A DNA stretch of 64,000 nucleotides from Nitrospirales bacterium (GTDB taxonomy: Bacteria > Nitrospirota > Nitrospiria > Nitrospirales > UBA8639). Where the stretch lies: assembly GCA_965203295.1 (NCBI GenBank), contig CBDBCZ010000016.1, positions 320,001-384,000 of the forward strand, in the 5' to 3' direction. Below are positions 45,501 through 58,800 of the stretch, piece after piece (position 1 is the stretch's first letter; each line of letters begins with the position of its first letter). A program made the translations under genes and the position numbers. The notes below the pieces were generated by a model. It was not told the origin of the DNA, did no database searches, and was given only the letters and a program-made list of their open reading frames with translations.

Positions 45501-45763
45501 AAAGAATGTAAGCAAAACCATTAGCTCTGACTTCCTGGCTCCCTTCGGTCTACTAATCACTTTGCTCACTAAAGGACTCCATAATTACACCATAGACTGT
45601 AGAGTAGAAGTCCTTCTACTCTACTATCTATGATTACACATGGGTGGAGATTCTAATGAATGTAATAAGGAGTAGAAGTTAATCACAAGGAAATGATTAA
45701 GTTCTACCTAAGGGGTGCAGTTTGATCGATCGCGAGTAATCATATAGGAAGACTATGATCTAA

Positions 45764-46289
45764 CTAGAAGTCTCTAGCAGAGACATACCCCGCGGTGCAT
45801 AATTCACAACTTGGAGCTGGCAGGACTGCAGACTGGGCTGATCGAGTAGTTGGCAGAGTGTACATGTATATCACTGGCTAGCTGTGTATCCGCACGCAGA
45901 GTGTACAGCGCTCGTGTACGCGTATTATATATGGGAAGTGGTGGGCGTGACTGATTGCCAATATGAACACGTGACCAGAGTCCGTATAATTATGCCCGGC
46001 CTCTATCGTATTCTAGTTGTGACCGTATTAAAATGGCAGAATGCACCGTTGTTAAATAAGAAAGAGCTTTAGATACAGCGAATGGAACCGCTTTGGCGAC
46101 TATCAGGTACACACCCGGACATTTTTTTTTTGATTTCAATGTTACTGTCGTGTTTAGCAATCGTTTAACCCTGTAAATCGCGAGATAGCCCGATTTTTGA
46201 GTGGACAGACAACAGATGGACAGACGGACGGACGGACGGACAGACAGACAGAACCAATCGCTTAACCCCGCCGCATACGCGCGGGGTAA
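45764..46289 (-). mobile_element. HINE/DINE-1-like element, copy 2 (inverse of 3394-3922)
   Basis: Near-identical reverse complement, apart from an ~11-nt indel and a few substitutions. Confidence 0.8.
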
Positions 46290-46849
46290 TTATATTGTTG
46301 CACTCTAGAGATCAATTCAAGCTTTACATTTATGGGGCTATGCAATATGTATTTGAGTATTTACCAAGAAGGTTCTGCCCCCTAAGTTTTGAGGAGCATA
46401 TGGGTCCAGTACAAAGACAGTCGGTATAGCAGTGAACAAAGGCTTTTCCAGCGACATTCATAAATAGTTATGGGTGTGTGTGGTTTAGTGTGGTTTAGTG
46501 TGAACATCATTAAACAGCTTGTACATTTCTGCTGCAGCAATTTTGTTATTCTACTTAATAAATAGGGAGAAATGCCTTCCTTTTAAATATTATAAAATGT
46601 AAGCACAGAGTTTTAGGTGGTACTGACATAATAACTTTCACACTTGAAGCCAATGGGGTATAGTCCAATGTTAACCTTCGCTATCTCTCCATGCACTTTG
46701 CAGTGGAATCTGACACTTCCAGAGCACATGTACTACACTCTCACAATCATCTCTACATACCTTACACTGGCTAGCAAGCATTTTTATACATGGCCAAGTC
46801 TTGCTTTCAAAGTACTTAATTGGCTGCAATTCCTGACCTTAATTGTGGA

Positions 46850-47635
46850 GCCATAATCAGGACAAACTGTGTTACAATGAATCAGACCATGCTCAATAGT
46901 CGGGAAAAAGTTTTAAAAAGCACATCCACTGAGGATTTAGTGTAGACGAGACGACAAATGCTTACTCACCCCCTTTGTCTTTTTTATTCAAGGTAGCAGC
47001 AATCTACCTTTTAGAGCACCGGGTTCAGACATTACAAAGGTTAATCTCGCTACTATAATTCAGACCATGCCCAATAGTGAGGAAACATGCTTGGTAAGGC
47101 AATCGAAGGTGATAGTAGGTGTGGCTATCAAGCATTCAAACTTAGACCTAAATCCCACTCACTGAATGGCCAGAATTCCTGGTCTTGAGAAGCCATAACA
47201 GGACAAATCTTGCTACTATAAATCAGACCATGCCCAATAGTCAGGAAACAGTTTTGGAAATCATATTCACTGAGGATTTAGTGTTGACGAGAGAGCAAAT
47301 GCTATTTCACCCCCTTTGTCCTTATTATTCAAGGCAGAAAGAAGCTATCTATCCTCTTAGAGCACCGGGTTGGGACATTAATCTTGCTAATGTGATTCAG
47401 ACTATTCCAAATAGTCAGGAAACATGCTTGGTTGGAAGATCAAAGGTATTAGCAGGTGTGGTTAGCAAGCAGTCAACTAAATATCACTCAATAATTGGCC
47501 ACAATTTCTGCTCTTGTGGAGCCATAAAGCGAGATAAAACTTGCTATTATGAATCACACCATGCCCAATAATCAGGAAACAGTTCTGGAAATCACATCCA
47601 CTGAGGATTTATTGTTGATGAGAGAGTAAATACTT
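46850..47635. repeat. Diverged tandem repeat (~340-bp units with internal sub-repeats)
   Basis: TCAGACCATGCCCAATAGTCAGGAAACA and CACTGAGGATTTA recur. Confidence 0.75.
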
Positions 47636-47671
47636 CAGCTACATGTAGACTGGTCCAGAAGTGGGTTCGAT

Positions 47672-48101
47672 AGGGAGACTAGTGAGTTTGAGTTAGAGTG
47701 CAGTGGGTGTGCAAGAAGTTTGCAGTACATGTATGGAGTGGGTGTGACAGGGAGACTAGTGAGTTTGAGTTAGAGTGCAGTGGGTGTGCAGGAAGTTTGC
47801 AGTACATGTATGGTGGAGTGGGTGTGGCAGGGAGACTAGTGAGTTTGAGTTAGAGTGAACTTGGTGTGGCCGAAGGCTAGTGAGTTTCGACTAGAGTTGA
47901 GTGGGTGTGGCCAGAGACTTCAGTGAGTTTGAGTTAGAGTGAACTTGGTGTGGCCGAAGGCTAGTGAGTTTCGACTAGAGTTGAGTGGGTGTGGCCAGAG
48001 ACTTCAGTGAGTTTGAGTTAGAGTGAACTTGGTGTGGCCGAAGGCTAGTGAGTTTCGACTAGAGTGGAGTGGGTGTGGCCAGAGACTTCAGTGAGTTTGA
48101 G
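47672..48101. repeat. Minisatellite (AGTGAGTTTGAGTTAGAGTG...; 84-bp period made of two ~42-bp subunits)
   Basis: AGTGAGTTTGAG occurs at 47922, 48006 and 48090, with related units upstream. Confidence 0.9.
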
Positions 48102-49737
48102 ATACACTGTATCTACACACACGTTTCACTCTTGTGGTGTGTAGAAATAACACATGCAGCAATAAGACGCATGCTCTGTATGTTGTTTTCTGAGACAGTC
48201 AATCAAAACACGAATGCGGGCTGTTTCAACACATACTGAAAAAGTGTGTTGTTTTTTCCAATCCTTTCATGAAAAAGTAGATCCAATATCGATGAATTAC
48301 ATAATAAAGTATACAAAAATTACAGTCACATGCATGCACATTACCTACTTCAAACCTCAGTTATTTAACGGATTTCAATATTTCTATAATACATCCATCT
48401 GCACGTGGAAGAGAAGAACAAAATTATGATTATTACCTAAATATGTCAAAGTAACCATGCTTGCATGCACGTATGGGTTAGGGTTTATAGTTGCAGTTCC
48501 ATACATTTTACTTACAGTGAATGTACAATAGCATGGTTCTTCTGCGACAAAGTCCAGAGGAGGTTACTCCTCAACTTCAGCAGAGACCTCTCACATTTTC
48601 AGCCACCTCCTCTTGGGCACTGGAGGTGCATGTATGTGTGTGTGTGTGAGCACATTATATTGTTCAGTTGGTGAGTGGCTACATTTCTCAGTCGAAGGCA
48701 GTGTTGCCTCTGCTAAACTTCAGAAATTTCAGTTAGCAGCGTTCAAATAAAAAACTACCCATTTGATGAATATTTGTACCATATTCACTCATCACATATA
48801 CAGTGTAACATGCCTCTGCCTGTAGGTGCTTCTTCTTCGAAGACTTTAAATTACTGAATTAGACTAGCCCACACTAGGATATAGCCTCGTACCCAGATGC
48901 ATTAAGTGGGGAAAAGTGCACCTGGTATCCACTGTTTGCACATGCACGTAATTTCCAAGCACTTTGCGGTGATAGGATACCACCATGGCATGTCTGCGTT
49001 ATGATGACATCAGTACTATACTATCTATGGTGCAAGCCACTCCTAAGCATGCAGACACCTGTTTGCAACCTGGTATGTGGGCATTGGCAGTGTACTATAT
49101 TTGCATACTCTTACAGACTTGGTTTCCAATCAGGCTGTCTTTTAATTGTGTAAACCACTGCTTAATTTCAAGTGATAAAGCATATATACTAAGTTGGAAC
49201 CCATCCCTATACAACGCAAGTACGTAAGAAGCCACCCTACCACCAGTATTTAGAAAGTATTGTTGGATCATAACCAATGAGAGTAAGCCCCCTGTGACAT
49301 GGCAGTTAGGGGGTGTGTTCTCACCTTTCATGGTGTCCTCTCTCTTCCTGAGCTCACTCTCTAATCCCCTGCCCCTCCTCCAGGTCCCCAGAGAGCCGAG
49401 ACTGCAGCTGAGGTTCTGGGAAGAGGTGGAAGGGGAATACAGTGGAGTCAGAGCACTGTCCCAATAATGAACTACAGCAGACCCTCACTTATCTGGCCCT
49501 GGCCTAGACTGGATATAGTCAGATACAGGAAACAGTACAGTTTCAATGGAGATAGTAGGCAGTTCTATTTAATGCACAGCAAAAAGAAACATTATTTGGA
49601 TGACTGGATAATCAGAGCAGCTGGATAAATGCGGACCGGTTATGTTCTACTGTACTCTTGTTCATTACATATCAGGCTTGTCAACATCGATTATAGTATA
49701 TACGTCAGTAAAACTCTGTATTTACGCACATACAAAC

Positions 49738-49851
49738 TAGCCTCGTACCCAGGCCTTCCATTCCAACTTTTCGCAACCGTGGAAAAAAGCCACCCACGCT
49801 TTTTTCACGGCTGCGAAAAAAGCTGTGAGGGAATGCCTAGGTATGAGGCTA
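49738..49851. mobile_element. Academ-type MITE with 9-bp TSD
   Basis: TAGCCTCGTACCCAGG...CCTAGGTATGAGGCTA is flanked by CATACAAAC on both sides. Confidence 0.85.
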
Positions 49852-50184
49852 CATACAAACCACTATATATTATGCAGCCTAGAAGTTTAGAGTCTCATCC
49901 AAATAAAATTTAGCTGGCTAGTACATGCGGCAACACTGGCTCTTTTCGGGTGAGAATATGATAACATCCTTGCCCTTCCCCCCTCAGCCTCTGATATCTC
50001 ACAGAGACTCTCACCTAATAAACTCCAACTGTATAACTGGTTCTTATGTGTCTGAATATCCAATACATGTGGTACACACAAGTACACCAAAATGAAGTCA
50101 TTCTGAAGTCATTTGCTGTCATGCAAATTGCTATATCCCATTGCACAGGGCTATACAGTGTGTATACACATGTACCTGAGTGAC

Positions 50185-52505
50185 ACTATCATAACAGCTG
50201 CAATTTGTTGCTAAGCAACTCCCCAAGCATGCTGGTTACATGTACATGTATGTGGGTATGGGCAAAGAATAAACTACTACATTGAAGTGTGCTATAATGT
50301 GAAAGCTATATACACACACATGTACAGTCTTAATTAGCCTTGTTTATAACCAGGCTGCTTTTTGCACTGCACAAAAAAATTACACACTTTAAGTACCTCA
50401 AATAGGAGCCAATTCCTATACAATGTAGGTATGTACGAAGTTACCCTCAGTAGGGACTCAATAGTTGAATGCTGCACACCAGGAGTAAAAATATCTGCCA
50501 AAAAAAACAAACAAAAGAAAACAGGAATTGTACAGGAAGCAGCATTAATATTTCCAGGCACATTTGGGTGCTACAGGGGATACAGGGCAGAAATGCACCA
50601 ATAAGCAGGAGCCCACCCCCCACATCTACACCATGATACCAGACCACTCCTACCCTCGAGTGGTTTTGGGGTTGAGACTGGCTAGTGGAGTGTGGACGGG
50701 AGGGTTCCCATGATGCTCTTACTAGCCAGCCGCTGCAGGTGGTGTCAGAGGTACAGGAACCGGTGGCACTCCAGAGACCCCGCCCACTGACACCTCTGCA
50801 GTCTCTCCCAAAACAACTGGAAGGGAGAGAGGAGGAAGGTAAGCCGGGAACCTCTGGTACTCACAACACACTATACAACACCAGCTAGATGCTGAGAGCA
50901 CAGAAGGACAAACTGGGACACACTCGGGGATTTTAGCCCAGAAGCTTCTGAATAACACTCCCATCTACACAGATCTACTGCTTTCCATTTGGCTACATGG
51001 GACTCAACCAAGGGGAGGTCACTCCCATAGACTCTGAAGTCACAACTGCGACCACCATCGGTCAGTGGTCAACAATTACAGCTGCTCAAAAGGGTCAAAG
51101 CACGCTCAAACATAGTCACTGCTGACAATGGCATGTCGCATTGTGGAAAGGACGGGCAATTGAGCATGACTTAGCATAATAACTTCAATTTCCAAACAAA
51201 TGTCAGTTAAATTAACTACTGTAGATTGGAAAATAGTCGTTTAAAACATATTTATCGGTACCCTATGACGACAAAAATATTGTTTTCAACATCGTCGACC
51301 AGTAACACTTTTGGTCTGCTGAGTAATAAAAATAAAACAATGAGCAGTTGATCGTTTACCGTAGGATTGAAATTTTCCCGATCTATAGTTACTGTAACTT
51401 CTTTTTAGAGCAACATGCTAAGGCAGTAATAAGCTTTTCGTCACTCCTATGTAAGAAACAAAGTCTCCAAAACAAAAGCTAGTTGTGGTGAAAATACTGG
51501 AGGGTGGCTGATATAGCTAATTTGTTAAATTATCATGTACAGTTGCCCTGTACACACACAGACATTTTATAAACCTGCAGCTTCCCTAGCCGCATTCCCA
51601 GATCATTACAATATTTCTTAGTATGGTAGGGGAATGAGACTGAGTTCCTATGGCAGTGTTTCGAGGAGCTGTAACAAGTGACTTGGGAAGACAGCGAGTC
51701 ATGTGGGACGAAAACAAGTCACTTTTAATGTGAACGAGTTCTTTAAGAAGAGAGCGTGCCGCGTGGGACATATAGTGTGGGATGAGCGGCTGTCTCGGCC
51801 ACGGGGGGAGGGGGGTGTGTACTAATAATGAGCTACATAGTGCCATTATCATAACAGCTGCACTAGGTTGCCAAGCAACTCCCAAGCATGCAGACACCTG
51901 TTTACAGCCTGGTATGTATGTGGGTATTGGCAAAGCATACACCTCTGCACCAAAGTGTGCTATATTGGAAGAGCTACATACATGTATTCGTACAGTCTTA
52001 GCTTTGTTTCCAAGCTGGCTATATTTTTTTGTACTGGCAGAAAATTTAAGTGATAAAGCCCATTTCAAGTAGGGGCCAATCCCTATACAATGTAGGTATG
52101 TAAGAAGCCATCCTCAGTAGGGACTCAATAAAATCTGCCAAAAAAAAGGAATCGTACAAGAAGCAGTATTTCCCGGTAGTTTTGGGTGCTACAGGGGGTA
52201 TAGAGGTAATTACCGTGAGCAGGAATGCTCCAATGCGCAGGAACCCACCCCACACATCTACACCATGATACCAGACCACTCCCGCCCCCGAGTGGTTTGG
52301 GCTTGAGACTGGCTAGTGGAATGTGGATGGGCGGGTTCCCATGATGCTCTCACCTGATGGACTGGCCAACCAGCCGCCGCAGGTGGCGTCAGAGGTACAG
52401 GAACTGGTGGCACTCCAGAGACCCCGCCCACTGACACCTCTGCACTCTCTCCCAACACACCTGGAAGGGAAGAGAGGAGGAAGGTAAGCTGGGAACCTCT
52501 GGTAC
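50185..52505. repeat. Direct duplication: 50185-50860 vs 51845-52505
   Basis: Collinear matches include ATCATAACAGCTGCA, CTATACAATGTAGGTATG, CACATCTACACCATGATACCAGACCACTCC and CAGAGGTACAGGAACxGGTGGCACTCCAGAGACCCCGCCCACTGACACC. Confidence 0.85.
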
Positions 52506-53321
52506 AGCTAGGGTGGCCATTACACTGATGATTCCAAACTATCACAGGCTGTAAGCTCACAGAAACTGGTAAAGTATCTGGCATGCGCAACAGCTCATTC
52601 TGAAGTGCTACATGTAAGTATTACTACAAACTTACCCTCGGCAACAAATCAGCAACAAAATTGGACACCAAGTACAGATCCCCCCTCGCCAGGCTCCACC
52701 CACTAGATTTGTCTGAATGAAGTATGCAGGGAAGAGCTGGAGCCTGGGAAATACCATCACTCTGTCAATACTAGACCTACATGTAACTGCATGCATACAC
52801 AACTTGAAGGCAGTGTACCATACAAGAATAACCATGCATCCTCTCCATGATCAACCCCTTTGACATAGCGGCAGTGGATATCTATACACCTAAGGACGAA
52901 CATACTCCAGGTACAGCTTACATGTGTGTAGTTACTATCACTAGCTAATATATCACCTGGTAGCATTTTATTGAAACATGGCAAGTGGTACTAAAGGAAG
53001 GTGTAAGGCTCTGGAGCAAGACCTAGCTACTACACACAGGAGCACTGTTTACAGCTGGTAGAACATCGGAGTGTCCCTCACCTCACCTGACAGCTTCTCT
53101 TCAGGGGACTCTCCTTCCCAACTTGACTGCCTTGTTTCCAGCAGAAATCGCAAAACCTACAGTGTGAGAATAAAACTATCAATTGCTTTATACAGGCCCA
53201 CCAAAACTGAGTGTCCTTACGTATTGCATGGGAGAGCTGAAGTTTTTAGCTGTGCTAGTATGCTAGCAGACACTGGATCATGTGAAATGCGTACACACAC
53301 ACACACAAACACACACACCCA

Positions 53322-53456
<135 letters not shown>

Positions 53457-54987
53457 ACAGTGAAACAGACATACAAACGAGTAAGACTCAGACTAATCAC
53501 ACCTGAGTGTACACTCACTGGTTATAAAAATCTGTACTATTCCATGCTTAAAATATTCATATGCTGTTAATTACTATAGCAACACAATGAACAAACGTGT
53601 ACATGCACACCACCGTATCACACATGAGCATGAACAGGAATTGGGGGCGAGGAAGTTTATTTATGCACTCTTGTGAATGAGCTCATTCAGTTTGAGCCTA
53701 CCCCGGAGCAGAGGAAAACAGCCAAGGTTGACCTCTGTTAATCAGGCTCGTTAAAGTCACACGCAGCTGGATAATTTGGATTACATAATGCATGTTTAAT
53801 GCAACGTTTTCCCTGGACTAATATGAACTCGGAGGGAGGCGTAGGTATCCACTGTCATTCTTAAAGGCTGAGCTCTGAGAACTTTAGCTACAATCACGCT
53901 TACCCACCCAGACAACATTCATTACATTACATGCGTCTCTGACTCTACGTCCACAGTTTTAAGCAACGGAGACCCACTACCAGACTCACTGTCAGAATTA
54001 CACTCTGCACAACACTTTGTGTGCTACCTTACTCTACCTTTTCCCGAGCTTATACTAGCCAAAGAAAGATAGTATGTTAGTCCATATTATGTTGAGTTTA
54101 GTGAAAATTATCTAAAAACATGGCAGATGCACAATTCGACCATTTCATTATACCTTTTAAAAACTGTTCAATATCAAAATCAACAATTACTTTGTGACGT
54201 ACGCCGTGGCCTTACCTCCTCTGACCCCTGAGGATCAGTATGCCTGAACAGGAGACCATCCTGAGGTATGAACCTAGCCTCATTCCCGAGCTCAGTTCCT
54301 GTAACTGATTCAGAAGATGGCTCAGGCTTGGGAACGAGGCTACCCACCCCTCAGTCAGTCCATCAGACCACCAATTACTAAGTGAGAAGTGAGGCAAGGA
54401 AATGAAATATATACGAACATCCAATGGCATAACCACTTCAGTCTTAACCTCGCAGCAGTGGAGACGAATTGGGGGAAGACTTTTCTCCACTGCTGTGAGA
54501 TAAAGTTTGGCCTGGGCACAAGGTTAACCGCAGAATACAACCAATGGTCAATCCTCAATGCTCAAAGCTGCTCAATAAGGTGTGGTCAATGATCAAAGCA
54601 TGCTCAGAAATGTTACACGGTCAACGCTCTGGACTCCTAGTCACCTGGGACCACTTATGCACCTCCATCTAATTAAAAGCTGCCAAGGCTTAGCTGTATT
54701 CAAGTGGCAGTCACGTGTACACACTCGATAGTATTGGCTCCGTACATTCTCCTAGACTGCATGCAGCTATTAATTCTGGAGATCACAACCAATTCATTGT
54801 AACACTGGAGTTGCTCTAGTCAGTACACACAGGAGGGCTTCACTGCTACTGTGAGGTACTTACAAACTCCTTCAATTTTAACTATCTGCACAACACCTGG
54901 GCATACAAATACCCCACTCAAGAAAGCTGAACACGTCTGTTCACCTAACCCATCTAGTTCATATTGAATCATGCGAGATACATGTAA

Positions 54988-55052
<65 letters not shown>

Positions 55053-55859
55053 ACATACAGTAAAACACGCATACAAATGACAAAATCACACAAACAGCAC
55101 CACCATGGATGCTGGTGGTGTGGAGGTCTGAGCACGAGACCAACCCCTGACCACTAGCATGCATGGAAACAAGTCCACCATGAGTATAATAGCGAAGTGT
55201 TCATTGGGGGGGGGGTTTCCTACTCTTAAAATCAACAACATTCCACTTTGCTCAATCGTGACAAGTTTACCAAAATGAACCCCTGGTACGACTAAGTACC
55301 ATACCACTGGTAAACCTTGTCAATACAGGTTCACACTTATAAACTACAGATGCTGAGATGGGGATGAAATGGCCTCGGTGGTACAATGACAAAGAAAGGC
55401 AGTTACCCCTCCCACTGTGGCCTATCACCCTGCTCAGAATCTGAACAACTCTGATGTGGTGTTCAAGGTCACTCACTCTGCGACCAAGACTACAAGAGGA
55501 GTTTTGTGAGTGAATCTTACCATCATGACATTGTTCATGTCACTATCCACTCCCCTGATTTCCAGGCTGTTCATTAACACATCTCGAGCATGCACGTGCA
55601 GTAGCGGTACTTTCCGGGTACGGTATTCAACTCTTGAGTCACATAGAAATACGCTCATGCCCTATAAAGTACCTCCCTCTACTCACCTCTCCCATATCTC
55701 TGAACGGTCGGTGGCAGCATTCTAATATTATTATTACTTCTGTTCATTTAAAATTTTCCATGAATGGGGGTGGGGCTCGTTTACCCCCACGCAGTTTGAT
55801 GCTATGTAGCCATCTTGATAGACTCACGGTGGTGAATCTTCTGCCTACATACGTACGAG

Positions 55860-58800
55860 ATGATCAGCTTGGAGCAGTGGCGGGCTGCTGTAGGAGGATG
55901 GAACGCCGGAAAATCGCCAGCCATTTACCGTCGATACGGGAGTCAAAGAATCGTTCGCAATAGTTGTTCGAAGCTGCTGCTGGTCATGGATCGCTACGCT
56001 GCTGCCATATACTACTCGCTCTACTGGATAATCCTTGGCCTGTTTGCATTCCTGTCGAGCGATGGCTGGATCACAGCTCTGTCGCTCGCTTTTGACGACA
56101 CCTGCGGCTACCCACACGATATACGCCATGCGTTGGTCGAGTCTCCTACTGCCACGGTGTTCCACGCCAGCCACGACTACCTGCAACGCTTCTGGGTGTT
56201 CGCGAGTCCCACAGTCACTCCATTGCTCAGACGCTGTATGACCTGTCTACAACGCATGTGGAAGTTGGCAAGCCCCTCCGTATCCTCGGCGTTAAGGCTG
56301 CTGCTGGCACTGGGCTGGCTTCTGATCGTCGCAGGAGACGTGGAGCTCAATCCGGGGCCGGTGTCGCAAGGTGAGCTATACTGAATGATTCGCCCTAGCG
56401 TCGTTCTCATGCAGTTCCCCTTGCAAAATATAGCTCTTACTGTTCATTACGCTTGTGGATGCAAAAATTCTCTCCAAATTATAATGGTGCTGGGGAGTAG
56501 AACTTCTTCATCATTGTAAAAATACATTCTTTTTAACCAGCTAGCAGTTGTAGCTGCACTAGACTACTAAAGCCTAGTTACTACGTGCAAAAAAAAAGAA
56601 AAAAAAACTGGGCAGGAGAGCCAGGGAAAGAGGCTACAGTACAATCAAACTCTGCAGTTTACTGCGGGTTAAACCAATTTCCATTGGAATTTCACATGAA
56701 TTTGTTTCGCAGAATCCTATAGGACTGCGCAGCGCAAAGTGGAAATCCGTGCATTGGCGCGCGATCCCGGGATTGTTTAAGAGCTAAAAAGTTTCAGGTG
56801 CTGTAGCCAATTGCCAACATGATAGCTACCTGGTATGCATTAAAATTGACACATTAGTAATGAATTGTTATTGTCACAACCATCACAGGTGACTACATTG
56901 TCAAAGGATTCTGGCATTCTAAAATCACAATCAAGACGAATGAATGAAAATGATGGCTTGCAAGCCCTAGAATATTTTGGGAAGTAGTAGGGAACTTGTT
57001 TGTTTGGCCTGGTGGGGGACTCGTCCAGCTTGGAGGTGGTATACAAAGTACATTCTTGAGTCTAAGAGCTGAATGTGACACGAGCTGGAACCCCCTTGTC
57101 TTTACCCAGTGCCTAAACTTTGTGCTGTAGTCTTCCTGGTCTCAATCTTTGTTGAGTATGCAGATAGTACAATTGTGATAGACATTTGACCTACGTATAT
57201 GAACTATAGTGGGCAGATAGTCACATGATTTATGGTCTGTTTTGGGAAGTAAAGTAAGAGTTAGATTTACAAAAAGGGCAGGACATGCAGTGATTGTCCT
57301 AATGGACAAAATGAGTCCAAATACATGTAGATGCAACTCCAATGTCAAAATAACCGTTTATTTGTAGCAGTGCAGGATTGCACGTCAATCCCACTTTTGC
57401 GCACACATGATGTTGAGCAAACCTTTGACCTTTGACACTTCTATTAGGCCGTTAGCTACTTCTTTGTGCCATATGATGGCTACACCGGTGAGAGGGTTAA
57501 TTGGCCGTTCTTTTCCACACAGAAATTAAGGAACTGCTGTCAAATGTGGATGATACTGAGCTTGGTAAGTGACACCAGTAGTAGAGTGTATATATCTCAA
57601 TACAATACAAACACTTGACATTGCCTTTTCATCACACTATATTACACTAGGAGAAACATGTTTGAGTGCTATTGCCTTCACCTTTGATATCGTCTCAAAA
57701 GTATATATTTCAAGCATAATTGTATATATTGCCTGCATAATATACTTGGCCTGAGATATAGCATATTCCCGCACGCTCATTTTAAGGTGAAGGAGATATT
57801 CTCGACGTATTCGAGGAAGTGGTGAGCCTAGCTGGAAGGTGGCCAAGTATTTGTATTGTCTTGAGACTGCTACCATCTCATGAAGATACCATTGCTAGAA
57901 CCTGTCATGGCATTCCAGAAGATTGCCTGCGGAAAGTGCTCTCTAAGTGGCTTCAGAGGTGCTATGACACTACTAGGCATGGCCCTCCAACATGGCGGGT
58001 GTTGGTTGCAGCTGTCGCTAATTCTGTTGGTGGGGATAACCCAGGTCTGGCTAAAGAGATTGCAAGAAGCCATCCAGGTGAGGATGTAGCTATAGCACTC
58101 TTAATTCATTAAGTATCTGTATTGTAGCCACAATCACTGGCCTGCCGGGACAGTGTTCCTGGGAGTTGTGAATTCTTATTATTAGTGTGGCAGAGCAGAA
58201 GGCTTTTGATGACCAATATATGTGGTTAAACTCAACCTTTCGTTCACTTCATGCCATCAAAACAACGTTTCATCTATTTGTAGCAGAAATATCCCACAAA
58301 CGTGGGATATTTCCATAGCCCATTGAGAATAGTATAGATTAATCAATGTAAGGCATCTGCAATGGACACTACCATTTAACTTAAAAGCTTCGGCTCTAAT
58401 TGAGGAGAGAACTTTTCTTTACTCCAATAGCTACATAACTTGATTATTCTACAGGCATCACACACAGTGCTACAAGTACCCCACCACAAGCTAAATCATC
58501 TACCAATTCTTCGAACACAGTAGTTTCATTGCATGCACAGTATCTTCGAGACAGCTATCAGACCCAGATCCCAACCTTTCTTACTCTCCAGTGGCCACCT
58601 CCACCCACTCACAAGGTCTTCCACCTGGCAATGATACAGGGAAAGAACATTCGGTACGGTCCCATTGATGAGGAAATGGTCAGACTGACTCTGCGAGGGA
58701 AGGTGAGTGACATTCTTTACGAAAAGGAGCCAGTGGAACTTAAAGATATCTTTGAAATGGACAATGCCAAACGCAAAGTCATCTTAATTGAGGGGGCCCC

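Noticed and set aside
47672..48101. Repeat-spacer-like pattern
   Set aside because: The intervening sequences are themselves repeated, so this is an ordinary minisatellite.
54275..54342. Additional Academ-type MITE
   Set aside because: Similar termini but no recognisable TSD, so it was not used as evidence.
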